Below are positions 27,498 through 37,158 of a stretch of 64,000 nucleotides of DNA, in pieces (within the stretch, counting starts at the first letter, position 1; each line of letters begins with the position of its first letter). The notes beneath the pieces were generated by a model. That model was not told where the DNA came from, did no database searches, and saw only the letters and a list, made by a program, of their open reading frames with translations. Both the position numbers and the translations under genes were made by a program. Source of the stretch: a bacterium (GTDB lineage: Bacteria; Patescibacteriota; Microgenomatia; Curtissbacterales; GWA2-41-24); NCBI GenBank assembly GCA_021813125.1, contig JAKALT010000005.1, positions 107 to 64,106 on the forward strand, given 5' to 3'.

Positions 27498-27553
27498 ACT
27501 TTATTTTGCTAAAGCAAGACTATGGTAGCACTTTATCTTACTAAAGTCAAGTT

Positions 27554-28525
27554 TTAGGGAAGCAAATAGATTAGATCAGCTGTGTCGTTTCCTTTTTCGT
27601 CTTCGTAATAGATGACGATTGCGTTTCTGTCTTTTACTACCGCTTTTGAATCAGCCTTTTGGTCTTTGTCGATAAAACTAGAGTTTGTGTTGGTGGCAAT
27701 TTTTACGGTTTTTGACTGGCCGGTTTGCTGGGCGGAGAAATTGTTTTTTGAGAGAGTAGTCAAAATTTTGACAATTGCCCAATGTCTTTGGTTTTGAGGC
27801 TTGTCGTCTCTGGAAATATTAATGTTGTCTGCTTCCAGCTGTCCTTCGGTGATGTTTTTGCCTAAAGCAATCATATAATCACCAACTCTTATATCCTGAT
27901 CCTGGGATTGGCTGGCGACTCCCGGCAATTTAGGAATTGCAACTTTGGCGTTTTTAGCTTGTTTTACCGTTGCTTCACCTGTTTGTGTAGTAAGAGTGGT
28001 TGTATCTTTAAAAATGCTTTTGACTAAGCCTGCCAAGACTGTAGTATCTTCAGTTTTTGCCTGTGCAACGTAGTAAGTTAAATTGGTAGCTGCAATTTCT
28101 TTAAGATCCGTACCCAGGGTTGAGAGGCCGATTAAATTAAGTCCGTCATCCAGGTCAAGGTTTGCCTGGAATTTGCCGTTTGCATCTGATTTTAAGATGG
28201 TGTTGATGGAGTTTGAATAAAGCAAAATTATAGAATTTGGCAGTGTCTGGCCCTGCAGCTGAAATTTGTTAAGTGCCAGAACTTTATTTGTTTCGACCGT
28301 AATTTTTTGAGCTTGGGTTGCAGAAGGAGTTGCACTTTGATTTTGGGCTTGAGGCGTAAGCATCTGGTCATTTGCTGTAAGGCCTTTGGGCTGCCTTTGC
28401 CAAAGCCAGTATATAAGAGAGGGGATAGCAATAATCAAAACTATGGCCAGGATTACGGTTTTGGTCGGGAAACCTTTTGTTGGCATTTTCGGATTTAGCT
28501 TAGCATAAAGCAGGCAGCCTGACAA
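27554..28525 (-). CDS. Hypothetical membrane-anchored protein
   Basis: Single N-terminal TM helix, Gln/Thr-rich extracytoplasmic region; start could instead be the internal Met (MPTKGF). Confidence 0.4.
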   Translation of the reverse strand: MSGCLLYAKLNPKMPTKGFPTKTVILAIVLIIAIPSLIYWLWQRQPKGLTANDQMLTPQAQNQSATPSATQAQKITVETNKVLALNKFQLQGQTLPNSIILLYSNSINTILKSDANGKFQANLDLDDGLNLIGLSTLGTDLKEIAATNLTYYVAQAKTEDTTVLAGLVKSIFKDTTTLTTQTGEATVKQAKNAKVAIPKLPGVASQSQDQDIRVGDYMIALGKNITEGQLEADNINISRDDKPQNQRHWAIVKILTTLSKNNFSAQQTGQSKTVKIATNTNSSFIDKDQKADSKAVVKDRNAIVIYYEDEKGNDTADLIYLLP

Positions 28526-28565
28526 TTGCGAACTCGCATGAATTTTTTTTTTGTGATAATATCAA

Positions 28566-29240
28566 TTGCTAGCAGCAATTATGGTAGACATCTGGTTTCT
28601 TGGACAAGCTTGTATTAAGGTCAAAGGCAAGGGTGCCACACTTGTTTTTGATCCATATGACTCGAATTTTATTGGTTTAAAACCCTTAAAAACCGAAGCC
28701 GATATTGTTTGCGTGACTCATGGCCACGGTGACCATAACCACCTTGAAGCGGTTCGCGGAACAGACGGAAAAGAACCGTTTGTTATTAATGGTCCAGGCG
28801 AATATGAGATTTCCGGCATAAACGTTGTTGGCGTTGACAGTTTCCATGATGACGAGCAAGGGGCAAAGCGGGGCAAAAATACGATTTACCATGCAACCGT
28901 TGATGATGTAAACATTGTTCACTTGGGCGATTTGGGGCAAAAAAAATTAACGCAACCGCAGATTGAAGAACTTTCCGGATGCGACGTTTTGTTTATTCCC
29001 GTAGGTGGTGGCTATACAATTGAAGCAAAAGATGCACCGGACATAATTGCCCAGCTTGAACCTAAGATAGTTGTGCCAATACACTACAAACTGCCGGGAC
29101 TAAAAGTTGAATTGGCGGAAGTAGCGGATTTTTTGAAGGTAATGGGTAAAGAAAACGTAGAGCCCGTAGGTAAACTTTCAGTCTCCCGTGATAGGCTGCC
29201 AGAAGAAGTTGAAGTTGCTGTTTTAGCAGCGCAACAGTAA
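28566..29240 (+). CDS. MBL-fold metallo-hydrolase
   Basis: VCVTHGHGDHN (HxHxDH motif). Confidence 0.7.
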   Translation: MLAAIMVDIWFLGQACIKVKGKGATLVFDPYDSNFIGLKPLKTEADIVCVTHGHGDHNHLEAVRGTDGKEPFVINGPGEYEISGINVVGVDSFHDDEQGAKRGKNTIYHATVDDVNIVHLGDLGQKKLTQPQIEELSGCDVLFIPVGGGYTIEAKDAPDIIAQLEPKIVVPIHYKLPGLKVELAEVADFLKVMGKENVEPVGKLSVSRDRLPEEVEVAVLAAQQ

Positions 29241-29255
29241 ATTATCAAAGTTAAA

Positions 29256-30635
29256 ATGAAGCAGAAAGTTAACTCACTGCGTGTGCCTCCACAGGATTTA
29301 GAAGCCGAAAGATCGATTTTGGGCGCTGTGCTTTTAGATTCGGATTCCCTTGTTTCAATTGTTCAAATTTTAAAACCGGAGCATTTTTACAAAGAAGCAC
29401 ATGGCGATATTTTAGGGGCGATTTATGACCTTTATGAAAAGCGCGAGCCGATTGATTTAATAACTTTAACTGCCGAGCTTAAGAAAAAAGGGAAGTTTGA
29501 CAAGGTTGGCGGAGCGGCATATCTAACGGATCTTGCCTCTTTGGTACCAACAGCTGCCAATATCGCCAGGTATGCCCAAATTGTTCGTGACCACTTTGTG
29601 AAGCGTCAGCTTATCTCAACAAGCACAAAAATTTCCCAGGCAGCTTTTGACGATAAAGGCGATGTCAGGACACTTCTGGACGAAACGGAACAGGCTGTTT
29701 TTGCGCTTTCCCAAGAGCAGATGCGCCAGAACTTTTTGCCACTTAGGGATGCTTTAGCTGAGAGTTTTGACAGGTTAGATGAACTTCACAAAAAAGCAGG
29801 GGGATTGCGCGGAGTACCTACAGGTTTTTGGGATCTGGATTCGAAACTGGCCGGTTTGCAGGATTCAAATTTAATAATATTGGCATCGAGGCCAGGTCAG
29901 GGTAAAACAAGTTTAACCTTAAATATTGCAGCCAACGTGGCTGTTCGCGAAGGGCTTCCGGTAGGTATATTTTCTTTGGAAATGAGCAAGGAAGAGTTGG
30001 TGGACAGGTTGTTAGTTTCGCAATCCGAAGTAGATGCCTGGAAACTTAAGACTGGAAGGTTAGACGACAATGATTTTGACAGGTTGCAGGAGGCGATGGG
30101 GGTTCTGGCGGACGCACCGCTTTTTATCGACGACACGCCTGCTATAAACATTATGGAAATGAGAACCAAAGCGAGGCGTTTGCAGGTAGAACACGGACTT
30201 TCGCTTCTTATTGTCGACTACCTTCAGCTAATGCACGGAAGAAATTTGGAAAACCGGGTCCAAGAGGTTTCGGAAATTTCGCAGTCTCTCAAGAATTTGG
30301 CAAGGGAGCTTAAGATTCCTGTTTTAGCCTGTTCTCAGCTTTCGCGTGCAGTTGAACAAAGGGGAAGCCGAAAACCCCAACTTGCCGATCTTAGGGAATC
30401 CGGAGCTATTGAGCAGGACGCAGACGTTGTGATGTTTATTTGGAGACCGGATCCGGAAAATATTGAGCAGGTAAAACTGGATATCCAAAAACACAGGAAT
30501 GGTCCAACCGGCGAAATAGACATGACGTTTAAGGCGGACAGGGTTAAGTTTTACGGAACAGAAAAGCAAAGAATTGTAAGAGAGCCTAAAAAAGTTCAAG
30601 TCGAAGAAGCCGGGACTGCCGCTTTAATTGAGTAA
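29256..30635 (+). CDS. dnaB: Replicative DNA helicase DnaB
   Basis: PQDLEAERSILGAVLLD, Walker A ASRPGQGKTSLTLN, LIVDYLQLM, RecA-like C-terminal domain. Confidence 0.95.
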   Translation: MKQKVNSLRVPPQDLEAERSILGAVLLDSDSLVSIVQILKPEHFYKEAHGDILGAIYDLYEKREPIDLITLTAELKKKGKFDKVGGAAYLTDLASLVPTAANIARYAQIVRDHFVKRQLISTSTKISQAAFDDKGDVRTLLDETEQAVFALSQEQMRQNFLPLRDALAESFDRLDELHKKAGGLRGVPTGFWDLDSKLAGLQDSNLIILASRPGQGKTSLTLNIAANVAVREGLPVGIFSLEMSKEELVDRLLVSQSEVDAWKLKTGRLDDNDFDRLQEAMGVLADAPLFIDDTPAINIMEMRTKARRLQVEHGLSLLIVDYLQLMHGRNLENRVQEVSEISQSLKNLARELKIPVLACSQLSRAVEQRGSRKPQLADLRESGAIEQDADVVMFIWRPDPENIEQVKLDIQKHRNGPTGEIDMTFKADRVKFYGTEKQRIVREPKKVQVEEAGTAALIE

Positions 30636-30640
30636 TTCCG

Positions 30641-31507
30641 TTAATTTTGGAAGGTTACCGTACGGGGAGCTGATACCGAAGTGTTACCAGCTTCGTCGTA
30701 GGCCTTAGCTAAAAGCACATGGGCTCCGTTTTGGTATTTGGAGGTATTAAAGGAGAAGGGAAGTGTGAAGTCGGTTTTTTCGCCAATTACTTTTTCGTCC
30801 AGTAAAAATTCAACTTTTATAACTTTACCGCTTTGACTAACGTCTCCGAAAATAATTGCAAGTGTTGCACTTTTTAGGGAAAAATCTTTTGTTGCCGTAA
30901 ACTCGAAAATGTTGTCGCCCGTTTTTAGTTTCGAGGCTTCAAAATTGTATGTTTGCTTTTGGGTGTCGGATTCGGAAGTGTTGAAGCTCGGGCCGCAACT
31001 TTCCTTGGTTGCGCCGGTTAGTGCGATTTGGCACTGATCTTTGCTAGTGATGCCATTTGTTTCATAAAGAAGTTGAGCGGAGGTGGCTTTTTTAAGGTCA
31101 TCGGCAACGTTTATTGTTACAGTTTGCAATTGGGCGGGTGTGACTTTTAAGTCGGAAACCGAACCCTTATATGCCTTTTGGTTAATTGTGTTGTCCGCGA
31201 CAAATACGACAACATTTGATTGCCCTTTTAGGCTATCTCCGTTTTGGGGCTGAGTGATAGAAATTTGGGGATTTTCGGCATCGTTTACGTTTGCGTATTT
31301 AGATTTTTGGTTTTTGTTTAGAACGTAAGCTATCGAGGCTGCAGCCAAAAGAAGGATAAAAAAAACCAAAAAGATTTTTTTGGGAAATTTACGCTTGTCT
31401 TTTATGACAAAACGGATTTTATCTTCTTTGGTCATTTTCGGGAATGGGTTGGAAGCTGTGGCGCCCGGAATTTGGGGAACAGAATCGTTGGAGATTGAAT
31501 CTGGCAT
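30641..31507 (-). CDS. Hypothetical membrane-anchored extracytoplasmic protein
   Basis: N-terminal TM helix then a beta-rich region; no known motif. Confidence 0.4.
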   Translation of the reverse strand: MPDSISNDSVPQIPGATASNPFPKMTKEDKIRFVIKDKRKFPKKIFLVFFILLLAAASIAYVLNKNQKSKYANVNDAENPQISITQPQNGDSLKGQSNVVVFVADNTINQKAYKGSVSDLKVTPAQLQTVTINVADDLKKATSAQLLYETNGITSKDQCQIALTGATKESCGPSFNTSESDTQKQTYNFEASKLKTGDNIFEFTATKDFSLKSATLAIIFGDVSQSGKVIKVEFLLDEKVIGEKTDFTLPFSFNTSKYQNGAHVLLAKAYDEAGNTSVSAPRTVTFQN

Positions 31508-31544
31508 AGATCAATTAAAGCATAGAGCGGGTATTAAGTTAAGA

Positions 31545-32123
31545 CTATTTGGCAATTTCCAGAAGGCTTTCGAGGGCGATTGGAAGCTGGGTAGTGCCTG
31601 TTGAGCCCGAGAAATGGCCCATATTGTGTTCTACAATGATTTTGGAATTGAGTTTATCGTGGAAGTCATCCTGATTGTCCAGAGGAACGTATGGGTCGTT
31701 GTCGGAAAAGATGGCAACACTTTTAGTTAATATATTTTTCACTTTATCAAAGTCAAGCGAAGTTGTAAGCCAGGGATTTGCGATTTCTTTTGCCTCTTCG
31801 CCTTCCAATTTTGTTAATCTTTTGAAAAAACCGGCGACAAAGACGGCTCCGCCAACTTTTGTATCGGCAGGCAGGGTGTCGAGGTAACGGGCAATGGTAG
31901 AACAACCGATACTGTGGCCAACAAAATAAGTATTTTCGTCGGCGGTTCCAACTGTGTTGGCAAGAGCCGTGACCCAAGGTTCAATTTTTGGAATTTCCGG
32001 TTCGGGTAATTGGGGAACAGTGACTTGGAAGCCTTTTTGCTTAAGCTGGCTTTTTAACCACGGAAACCAACCCTCTTCGGGATAGCCGTCCCAACCATGA
32101 ACTATGATAACACGTTTTTGCAT
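31545..32123 (-). CDS. Alpha/beta hydrolase (RBBP9/YdeN-like serine hydrolase)
   Basis: RVIIVHGWDGYPEEGWFPWL, nucleophile elbow FVGHSIGCS; start at MQKRV (32123) because the longer ORF-track N-terminus overlaps the tRNA. Confidence 0.6.
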   Translation of the reverse strand: MQKRVIIVHGWDGYPEEGWFPWLKSQLKQKGFQVTVPQLPEPEIPKIEPWVTALANTVGTADENTYFVGHSIGCSTIARYLDTLPADTKVGGAVFVAGFFKRLTKLEGEEAKEIANPWLTTSLDFDKVKNILTKSVAIFSDNDPYVPLDNQDDFHDKLNSKIIVEHNMGHFSGSTGTTQLPIALESLLEIAK

Positions 32124-32128
32124 ATTAG

Positions 32129-32213
32129 TGGCCGGGGAGGGAGTCGAACCCTCACGGGCGTTAAGCCCATACGTTTTTGAGACGTAACTGTCTACCAGTT
32201 CCAGCACCCGGCC
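32129..32213 (-). tRNA. tRNA-Leu (anticodon CAA), long variable arm, CCA not encoded
   Basis: Minus-strand read: ggccggg tg ctggaactggtagacag t tacgt-CTCAAaa-acgta tgggcttaacgcccgt gagggTTCGActccctc cccggcc a. Confidence 0.8.
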
Positions 32214-32348
32214 AAATTTGCACTCATAAGTTTTGGTTTTAGCTATTGGCTAAAACGTTTTTGAAGTAAACTTCAAAAAAAGATACTTACGCGTCTGCCA
32301 GTTCCGCCACCGCGCCTAGACTGTTGCAAATAAAAGCTTGTCTATTAT

Positions 32349-32723
32349 ATGATTTTCGGAAGGTTAATTCTACAAAAAATGGCTAAGGAAATAATAGTTG
32401 GCATTAACGTAGCGCATCACGAGGCGTTCACGAGAGCTGTTGAAAATAATCCGCAAATTGATCATAGAAATTTTAACCCGCACTTGGCCATGCGTTGTAC
32501 GATAGCAGATGAATTGAATATGAATGGGTCTGCCCAAGTGAGTGCAGATGTTAATGGGGGGCCGCTTGATGTACGTGTAAATGGAAACAAAATTGATCAG
32601 GGTGGCGCAATAACAAGGCCAGTCTTGGAGTCTGTTATTGAGGTGTATTGCCCGGGACAAGGAGCTAGAATTGCATCGGCAATGCTCAATAAGGGCACAA
32701 TACTTTCACTCCGCAGACCTTGA
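32349..32723 (+). CDS. Hypothetical protein
   Basis: 124-aa ORF, alternative ATG at 32379; no recognisable motif. Confidence 0.35.
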   Translation: MIFGRLILQKMAKEIIVGINVAHHEAFTRAVENNPQIDHRNFNPHLAMRCTIADELNMNGSAQVSADVNGGPLDVRVNGNKIDQGGAITRPVLESVIEVYCPGQGARIASAMLNKGTILSLRRP

Positions 32724-32759
32724 TAGATTTAGCCGATTGAGCTATCATTTGTAGTTAAC

Positions 32760-33728
32760 GTGACAATCCAAGAAATTTACCAGTTAGCCCTTAAAATGGG
32801 AATGGAGGCCGATCCTCGTGGCAAGGAGGGAGTTCAAGCATATCTAAAGCGCCAGAAGCAGGAATATGACCAGCTCCCGAAAAGTAAACAAGAGCATTTT
32901 GATGTAGAGACCTTAACAAACCCTTATTCGGACACAAGAATTTTGTATGGTGACGGGAAAAAGAAGGTTAAAAAGGTAATGGCGGGTATTGATTCCAATG
33001 GCGCGGAAGTTCTTTTGTTCGACCGGCTAAACCAAAAAGGGATGGGCCTGGATCTTCTAATAGGTCATCACCCAACAGGTCATGCGCTGGCAAGTCTTCA
33101 TGAAGTTATGGACATTCAGGTAGACACTTTTGCCCAAAGCGGTGTTCCCGAAAATGTTGCTTATTCGCTATTTCGTGAAACAATGGGAATGGTCAAAAGG
33201 AAATTCGGCCCTCTAAACCATTCGCAAACGGTCGATGCTGCAAGGCTTTTAGATGTGCCGCTTCTGGCGCTTCATACTGTTTGGGACAATATAGGTGATG
33301 CGTTTATGCGTAAATATCTGCTCGGTAAGAGTTATGGAACTGTTGCCGATGTTTTGGATGCAATTTGTGAAATTCCGGAATTTAAAGAAGCTATAAAGGG
33401 TAAAGCCGGTCCGAGTATTGTTTCGGGATCCGACAAAGCTAGAACCGGAAAAGTAGTTGTTTCTTTTACCGGTGGGACTAACCCTTCAAAGGAGCTTTAC
33501 AAAGCGCTGGCGGAAGCAGGAGTAGGTACGTTAGTTGAAATGCATATTCCGGAAGATTCGGTGCAGGAGCTCAAAAAATCCCACATAAATGCGATTGATG
33601 TAGGGCACATGGCAGCCGATTCAATTGGAGCCAATATATTTTTGGACGAGTTGGAAAAGCAAGGAGTAGACGTAGTCCCTGCTTCGGGGCTTATTCGCGT
33701 AAAAAGATCAAAATCCAAAAAGAGTTAA
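32760..33728 (+). CDS. Nif3-family (YqfO/YbgI-like) dinuclear metal-centre protein, tentative (GTG start)
   Basis: KVMAGIDSNGAEVLLFDRLNQKGMGLDLLIGHHPTGH matches the Nif3 D...ADLLIxHHP block; C-terminal HMAADSIG. Confidence 0.45.
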   Translation: MTIQEIYQLALKMGMEADPRGKEGVQAYLKRQKQEYDQLPKSKQEHFDVETLTNPYSDTRILYGDGKKKVKKVMAGIDSNGAEVLLFDRLNQKGMGLDLLIGHHPTGHALASLHEVMDIQVDTFAQSGVPENVAYSLFRETMGMVKRKFGPLNHSQTVDAARLLDVPLLALHTVWDNIGDAFMRKYLLGKSYGTVADVLDAICEIPEFKEAIKGKAGPSIVSGSDKARTGKVVVSFTGGTNPSKELYKALAEAGVGTLVEMHIPEDSVQELKKSHINAIDVGHMAADSIGANIFLDELEKQGVDVVPASGLIRVKRSKSKKS

Positions 33729-33734
33729 CTTCTC

Positions 33735-34292
33735 ATGATTTCCGTTACAGAACTTAGGGCTGGCACCGTTTTTGAGGAACAGGGAAAATATTTTCTTGTA
33801 CTCACGTATGAACACATTAAGGTTGCGCGCGGTTCGGGAACCGTAAAAGTTAAAGTCCAGAATTTAGAAAGCGGTGCAAATATTGAAAAATCTTTCCAGA
33901 CAGGGGCCAGGGTTCAAGATACCGTTGTAGACCGCAGGAAAGTCCAATATTTATACACAGACGATAAAATTCATGTAATGGACATGGAAACTTATGAGCA
34001 GTTTGAACTGGACAGGAAACTGGCCGAAGATCTTTCTAAATATTTAAAAGAAGGTTTGGAAATTACGCTATTTTCAGTAGAAGGAAAGCCATTGTACTTG
34101 GAAATTCCCAAAATTGTTGATTATAAAGTGGCTCAAACCGGGGGATCTGCTCGGGGCAATACTGTAGGCGCAAGTTACAAGGATGCGGTTATGGAAAACG
34201 GTTTGGTTGTGAAAGTTCCGCTATTTATCAAAAACGGCGAAGTGATTCGGGTGGATACCAGGAGTGGTGATTACGTCGAGAGAGCAAAGTAA
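33735..34292 (+). CDS. efp: Elongation factor P
   Basis: MISVTELRAGTVFEEQGKYFLVLTYEHIKVARGSGTVKVKVQNLESG...; Arg at the position of the normally modified Lys (KVARGSG). Confidence 0.95.
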   Translation: MISVTELRAGTVFEEQGKYFLVLTYEHIKVARGSGTVKVKVQNLESGANIEKSFQTGARVQDTVVDRRKVQYLYTDDKIHVMDMETYEQFELDRKLAEDLSKYLKEGLEITLFSVEGKPLYLEIPKIVDYKVAQTGGSARGNTVGASYKDAVMENGLVVKVPLFIKNGEVIRVDTRSGDYVERAK

Positions 34293-35327
34293 TCAGGGAT
34301 TTGTTGCGTAAAGTGATTCAGCAAGTTTTATCAGGTCTTTTTTTGGATAACTACCCATTTGTTCACCCGCTGGTATGACTCTGATTTGAATTATTATTCC
34401 GTTGCGGTAAATTCTTAATTCCTTATCCAGGTTGTTCTGTTCGAGAATATTAATTGCTGGATAATCATTAATCTTCATTTCTTCCAATTGGATATTGTAT
34501 GATGGTCCTTCAAATTGCTGATATCTTTTTAATTCTGCAAGATCGTGACTAAAGAGCTCGGTGTCTGAAAAGTTTTTAACTGGTTTGAGTTCTCTTATAT
34601 CAAGTTCATCATCCTGATTATTTCTGAATCCTCTCTGATTGTCGAGCCACCAGCCTTCGTAACTTAACCAGCTGAAATCTATGCCGTTAACACTTCTGTA
34701 GGGTTTGAGAGTCTTATTATTTCTATTGTCATTGGTCATATTGAAAATCATTTTTTTGTTAGCAAACGTTCCGTAATTTGAATCGTATAGGGGCATACCA
34801 CTTTCTTTGATTATGACCTGTTCTCTTTTTGCCCCGGCTTTTTGGGCATTTCTTGTTGTAATACTTTTTACTGAGGCAATAGTTGGTATGAGTGCAGAAA
34901 TAATAACGACAAGAATGAGAGAAAATGCAACTGGGAGTTCTTGGAAAAAAACAGGAATTGATGCAGAGAAGGGAACTGTTATCACGAAGACAGCAATTAA
35001 AAAGAAACCTGCTGCGATGCATCCAAGTTCTTCGCAAGTGTAGCTGACATAAAGTGTAGCTAAAGTCAGAAGGATCAAAATTACAAAAAATATTGAGAGT
35101 ACTGTGAATTTAGCCCGCGATTGGTAGGCTGCTATTGATAGGAGATAACCTACAAATACAGCAATTATCATAGGCAGAATAAAAACCTGTAATGCTCCTT
35201 TCAGCATTGACGAATTAAAAAAATTTATTCCGATAATGCTATTTAGGATAAGGATCGTAGCAAAGGATAAGACACAACCTACAAAGTAGATAACTGTACT
35301 TTTTAAAATATTGCCGTTGTTTCCCAT
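34293..35327 (-). CDS. Hypothetical polytopic membrane protein with C-terminal soluble domain
   Basis: 344-aa ORF, ~6 TM helices; lies between efp and a displaced copy of the efp 3' end. Confidence 0.45.
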   Translation of the reverse strand: MGNNGNILKSTVIYFVGCVLSFATILILNSIIGINFFNSSMLKGALQVFILPMIIAVFVGYLLSIAAYQSRAKFTVLSIFFVILILLTLATLYVSYTCEELGCIAAGFFLIAVFVITVPFSASIPVFFQELPVAFSLILVVIISALIPTIASVKSITTRNAQKAGAKREQVIIKESGMPLYDSNYGTFANKKMIFNMTNDNRNNKTLKPYRSVNGIDFSWLSYEGWWLDNQRGFRNNQDDELDIRELKPVKNFSDTELFSHDLAELKRYQQFEGPSYNIQLEEMKINDYPAINILEQNNLDKELRIYRNGIIIQIRVIPAGEQMGSYPKKDLIKLAESLYATNP

Positions 35328-35420
35328 CTAGTCTGTCCTAATAAGAATATAGCACAAAAGGAATTAGAAATTTGCGGCGAAGGCTTGGGCGAGATGGCAA
35401 GGTCGCCGAGACGAAAACTA

Positions 35421-35467
35421 TCTGGGTTGATACCAGAAACGGGGATTATGTTGAGAGAGCGAAGTAA
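35421..35467 (+). pseudogene. Displaced/duplicated 3' fragment of efp (encodes ...IWVDTRNGDYVERAK*)
   Basis: tctgggttgataccagaaacggggattatgttgagagagcgaagtaa vs efp 34246..34292 attcgggtggataccaggagtggtgattacgtcgagagagcaaagtaa; same reading frame, same terminal 8 aa. Confidence 0.7.
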
Positions 35468-35502
35468 ACTCCAAGTTCCAAACTCCAAAACCCAATTTTA
35501 AT

Positions 35503-35982
35503 TTATCTGTAAGCGAGGACGGTTGTTATGTTACTTGGGCCACCAAGAGCAAAGAGAACTAAAAGTCCAACTATAACTACTTGTGTAACCAAGCCCCAAG
35601 GAAGCTGCATACGGGATTGCAGTTTGTGGCCGAGGTAATCCATCCAGGAAAATGGTGGAACCTTAAAATTAAACATCCAGCTTGGAGCTTCAAGCCAATC
35701 AGGAAGCTGAGCCGAGATTACCATTGTAAGTAGATAAACGGGTTTTTCAAATGCCAAACCCCTAAAAAGAATTGCAACCAGTGCAAAGCCTAAAAGAACG
35801 TCGAGCACTGCTTCTATTTTCAGCCTGAAAGCGGTTTTATTTCGGTGGTTTGTGCCGGCATCCCAATGGGGAACAAGATCTGCTAAAAAGTGAGACGCGA
35901 TAGCAAGTGGGATTCCGATTACGGGATTGGTGATTTTTGCGGCCAGACTTGCCCCAATTAATGCATGTGAAGTTGCCGTCAT
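35503..35982 (-). CDS. Membrane-bound metal-dependent hydrolase (DUF457/YdjM-like)
   Basis: MTATSHALIGASLAAKITNPVIGIPLAIASHFLADLVPHWD. Confidence 0.5.
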   Translation of the reverse strand: MTATSHALIGASLAAKITNPVIGIPLAIASHFLADLVPHWDAGTNHRNKTAFRLKIEAVLDVLLGFALVAILFRGLAFEKPVYLLTMVISAQLPDWLEAPSWMFNFKVPPFSWMDYLGHKLQSRMQLPWGLVTQVVIVGLLVLFALGGPSNITTVLAYR

Positions 35983-36116
35983 TTATGTTTTTTGGACTGC
36001 AGGCTAATAGCAGTAGTACAAGGATCAATATATCATATTTAAGGTATTGATCAAAGTATTGGAGTGCCAGGCAAAAGGGCAGGTCTTTTGTCTGGGAGGT
36101 AACGAGTTTTTATCCC

Positions 36117-36162
36117 AAGGTCAGGTCTTAGGCATAGTAAATCCTTGTAAGGCCTGACCTTT
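36117..36162 (+). repeat. REP-like palindromic element (AAGGTCAGGYC ... AAGGCCTGACCTT)
   Basis: aaggtcaggtc-ttaggcatagtaaatccttgt-aaggcctgacctt. Confidence 0.6.
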
Positions 36163-36225
36163 GTTGATAGATTCTGTTTAATTTGGGCCTGCCTTTGGCA
36201 TAGCCATCTTGGTCTTGATGAGAAG

Positions 36226-37158
36226 TTGGATGTTTTCTATAATATGATTCCTATGTTGCTCTTTCCCCCGAAGGTTTTGGAAATTTTACTAAACCCGATT
36301 GGCATTATTTTTGCGTTTATTTTTGGCGCATTTCTGTTTTGGAGATCTAGCCGTTATGAACTTGTTGACTCGCAGGATATTTTTGACGTGATCCTCCTTT
36401 TTTTGCTTGGAGCCTTGTTTTTGGGAAGGGTAGGGGATTTTTTAGTAAGGCCTGATCTTTACAAATGGTCCTTTGCAAGACTTTTCTTCTTTAATGTTTT
36501 CAGGGGCTTTGACTGGTACTTGGCTTTTTTAGGTGGGGCATCTGCCGTCTGGTTTTATATGAAAAACAGAAGAGAAAGTTTTTGGTTTGTTTTTGACCTG
36601 GCGGCGGCTCCAATTATTTTTTCCCTGAGTTTATATTTTACAGTTGTTTATGTTATTGCAATTTCCGCGAAAGGGTTAACAGCTAATTGGCAGGGGCTGA
36701 TTCTAGCCTTTTATTATTTTATTGTTTTTTGGGCTTTAAAGAGACTTGAAAAGAGGAAGAGGCATAGAGGGTTTTTTGCGTGCATGGCGATTTTTTCTAT
36801 TGCATGTTCCAGCTTGGCTTTTGGCATTTTTCCAACGTCAAGGATTTTTACAGGGTACGTAACATACCAATTTATCTGGGGCTTTTTAATGTTAATATAT
36901 GTAGTGCCCAGTTGGTATATTTTGGCCAAGCGAAAAATATCAAACGATTTCAAAAGTTTCTTTGCGGGGATTTTGCTTTCCGTATTTAAGACTAAGCGGG
37001 TAATTTTCAGCACAAGAGAAGCTGATGGTGTGGCGAAGGTAATTGTTCTTTCACCATTCACATTGGTAAAAGGTGCATGGTTTCTAGTAAAATTAGTAAG
37101 TCGTGAGGTGGCCGGAGGGCTTTTGGATTTTGTTCACGCATTAGGAATAGGAAGATGA
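36226..37158 (+). CDS. lgt: Prolipoprotein diacylglyceryl transferase-like membrane protein
   Basis: Polytopic; LLGALFLGRVGDFLV resembles the Lgt GxRxG signature; lspA follows two genes downstream. Confidence 0.5.
   Translation: MDVFYNMIPMLLFPPKVLEILLNPIGIIFAFIFGAFLFWRSSRYELVDSQDIFDVILLFLLGALFLGRVGDFLVRPDLYKWSFARLFFFNVFRGFDWYLAFLGGASAVWFYMKNRRESFWFVFDLAAAPIIFSLSLYFTVVYVIAISAKGLTANWQGLILAFYYFIVFWALKRLEKRKRHRGFFACMAIFSIACSSLAFGIFPTSRIFTGYVTYQFIWGFLMLIYVVPSWYILAKRKISNDFKSFFAGILLSVFKTKRVIFSTREADGVAKVIVLSPFTLVKGAWFLVKLVSREVAGGLLDFVHALGIGR

Noticed and set aside
32124-32207. N-terminal extension of the alpha/beta-hydrolase ORF (ORF track 31545..32207)
   Set aside because: The extension overlaps the tRNA-Leu gene on the same strand and has no homology. 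The hydrolase motif alignment starts at MQKRVIIVHGW (32123).
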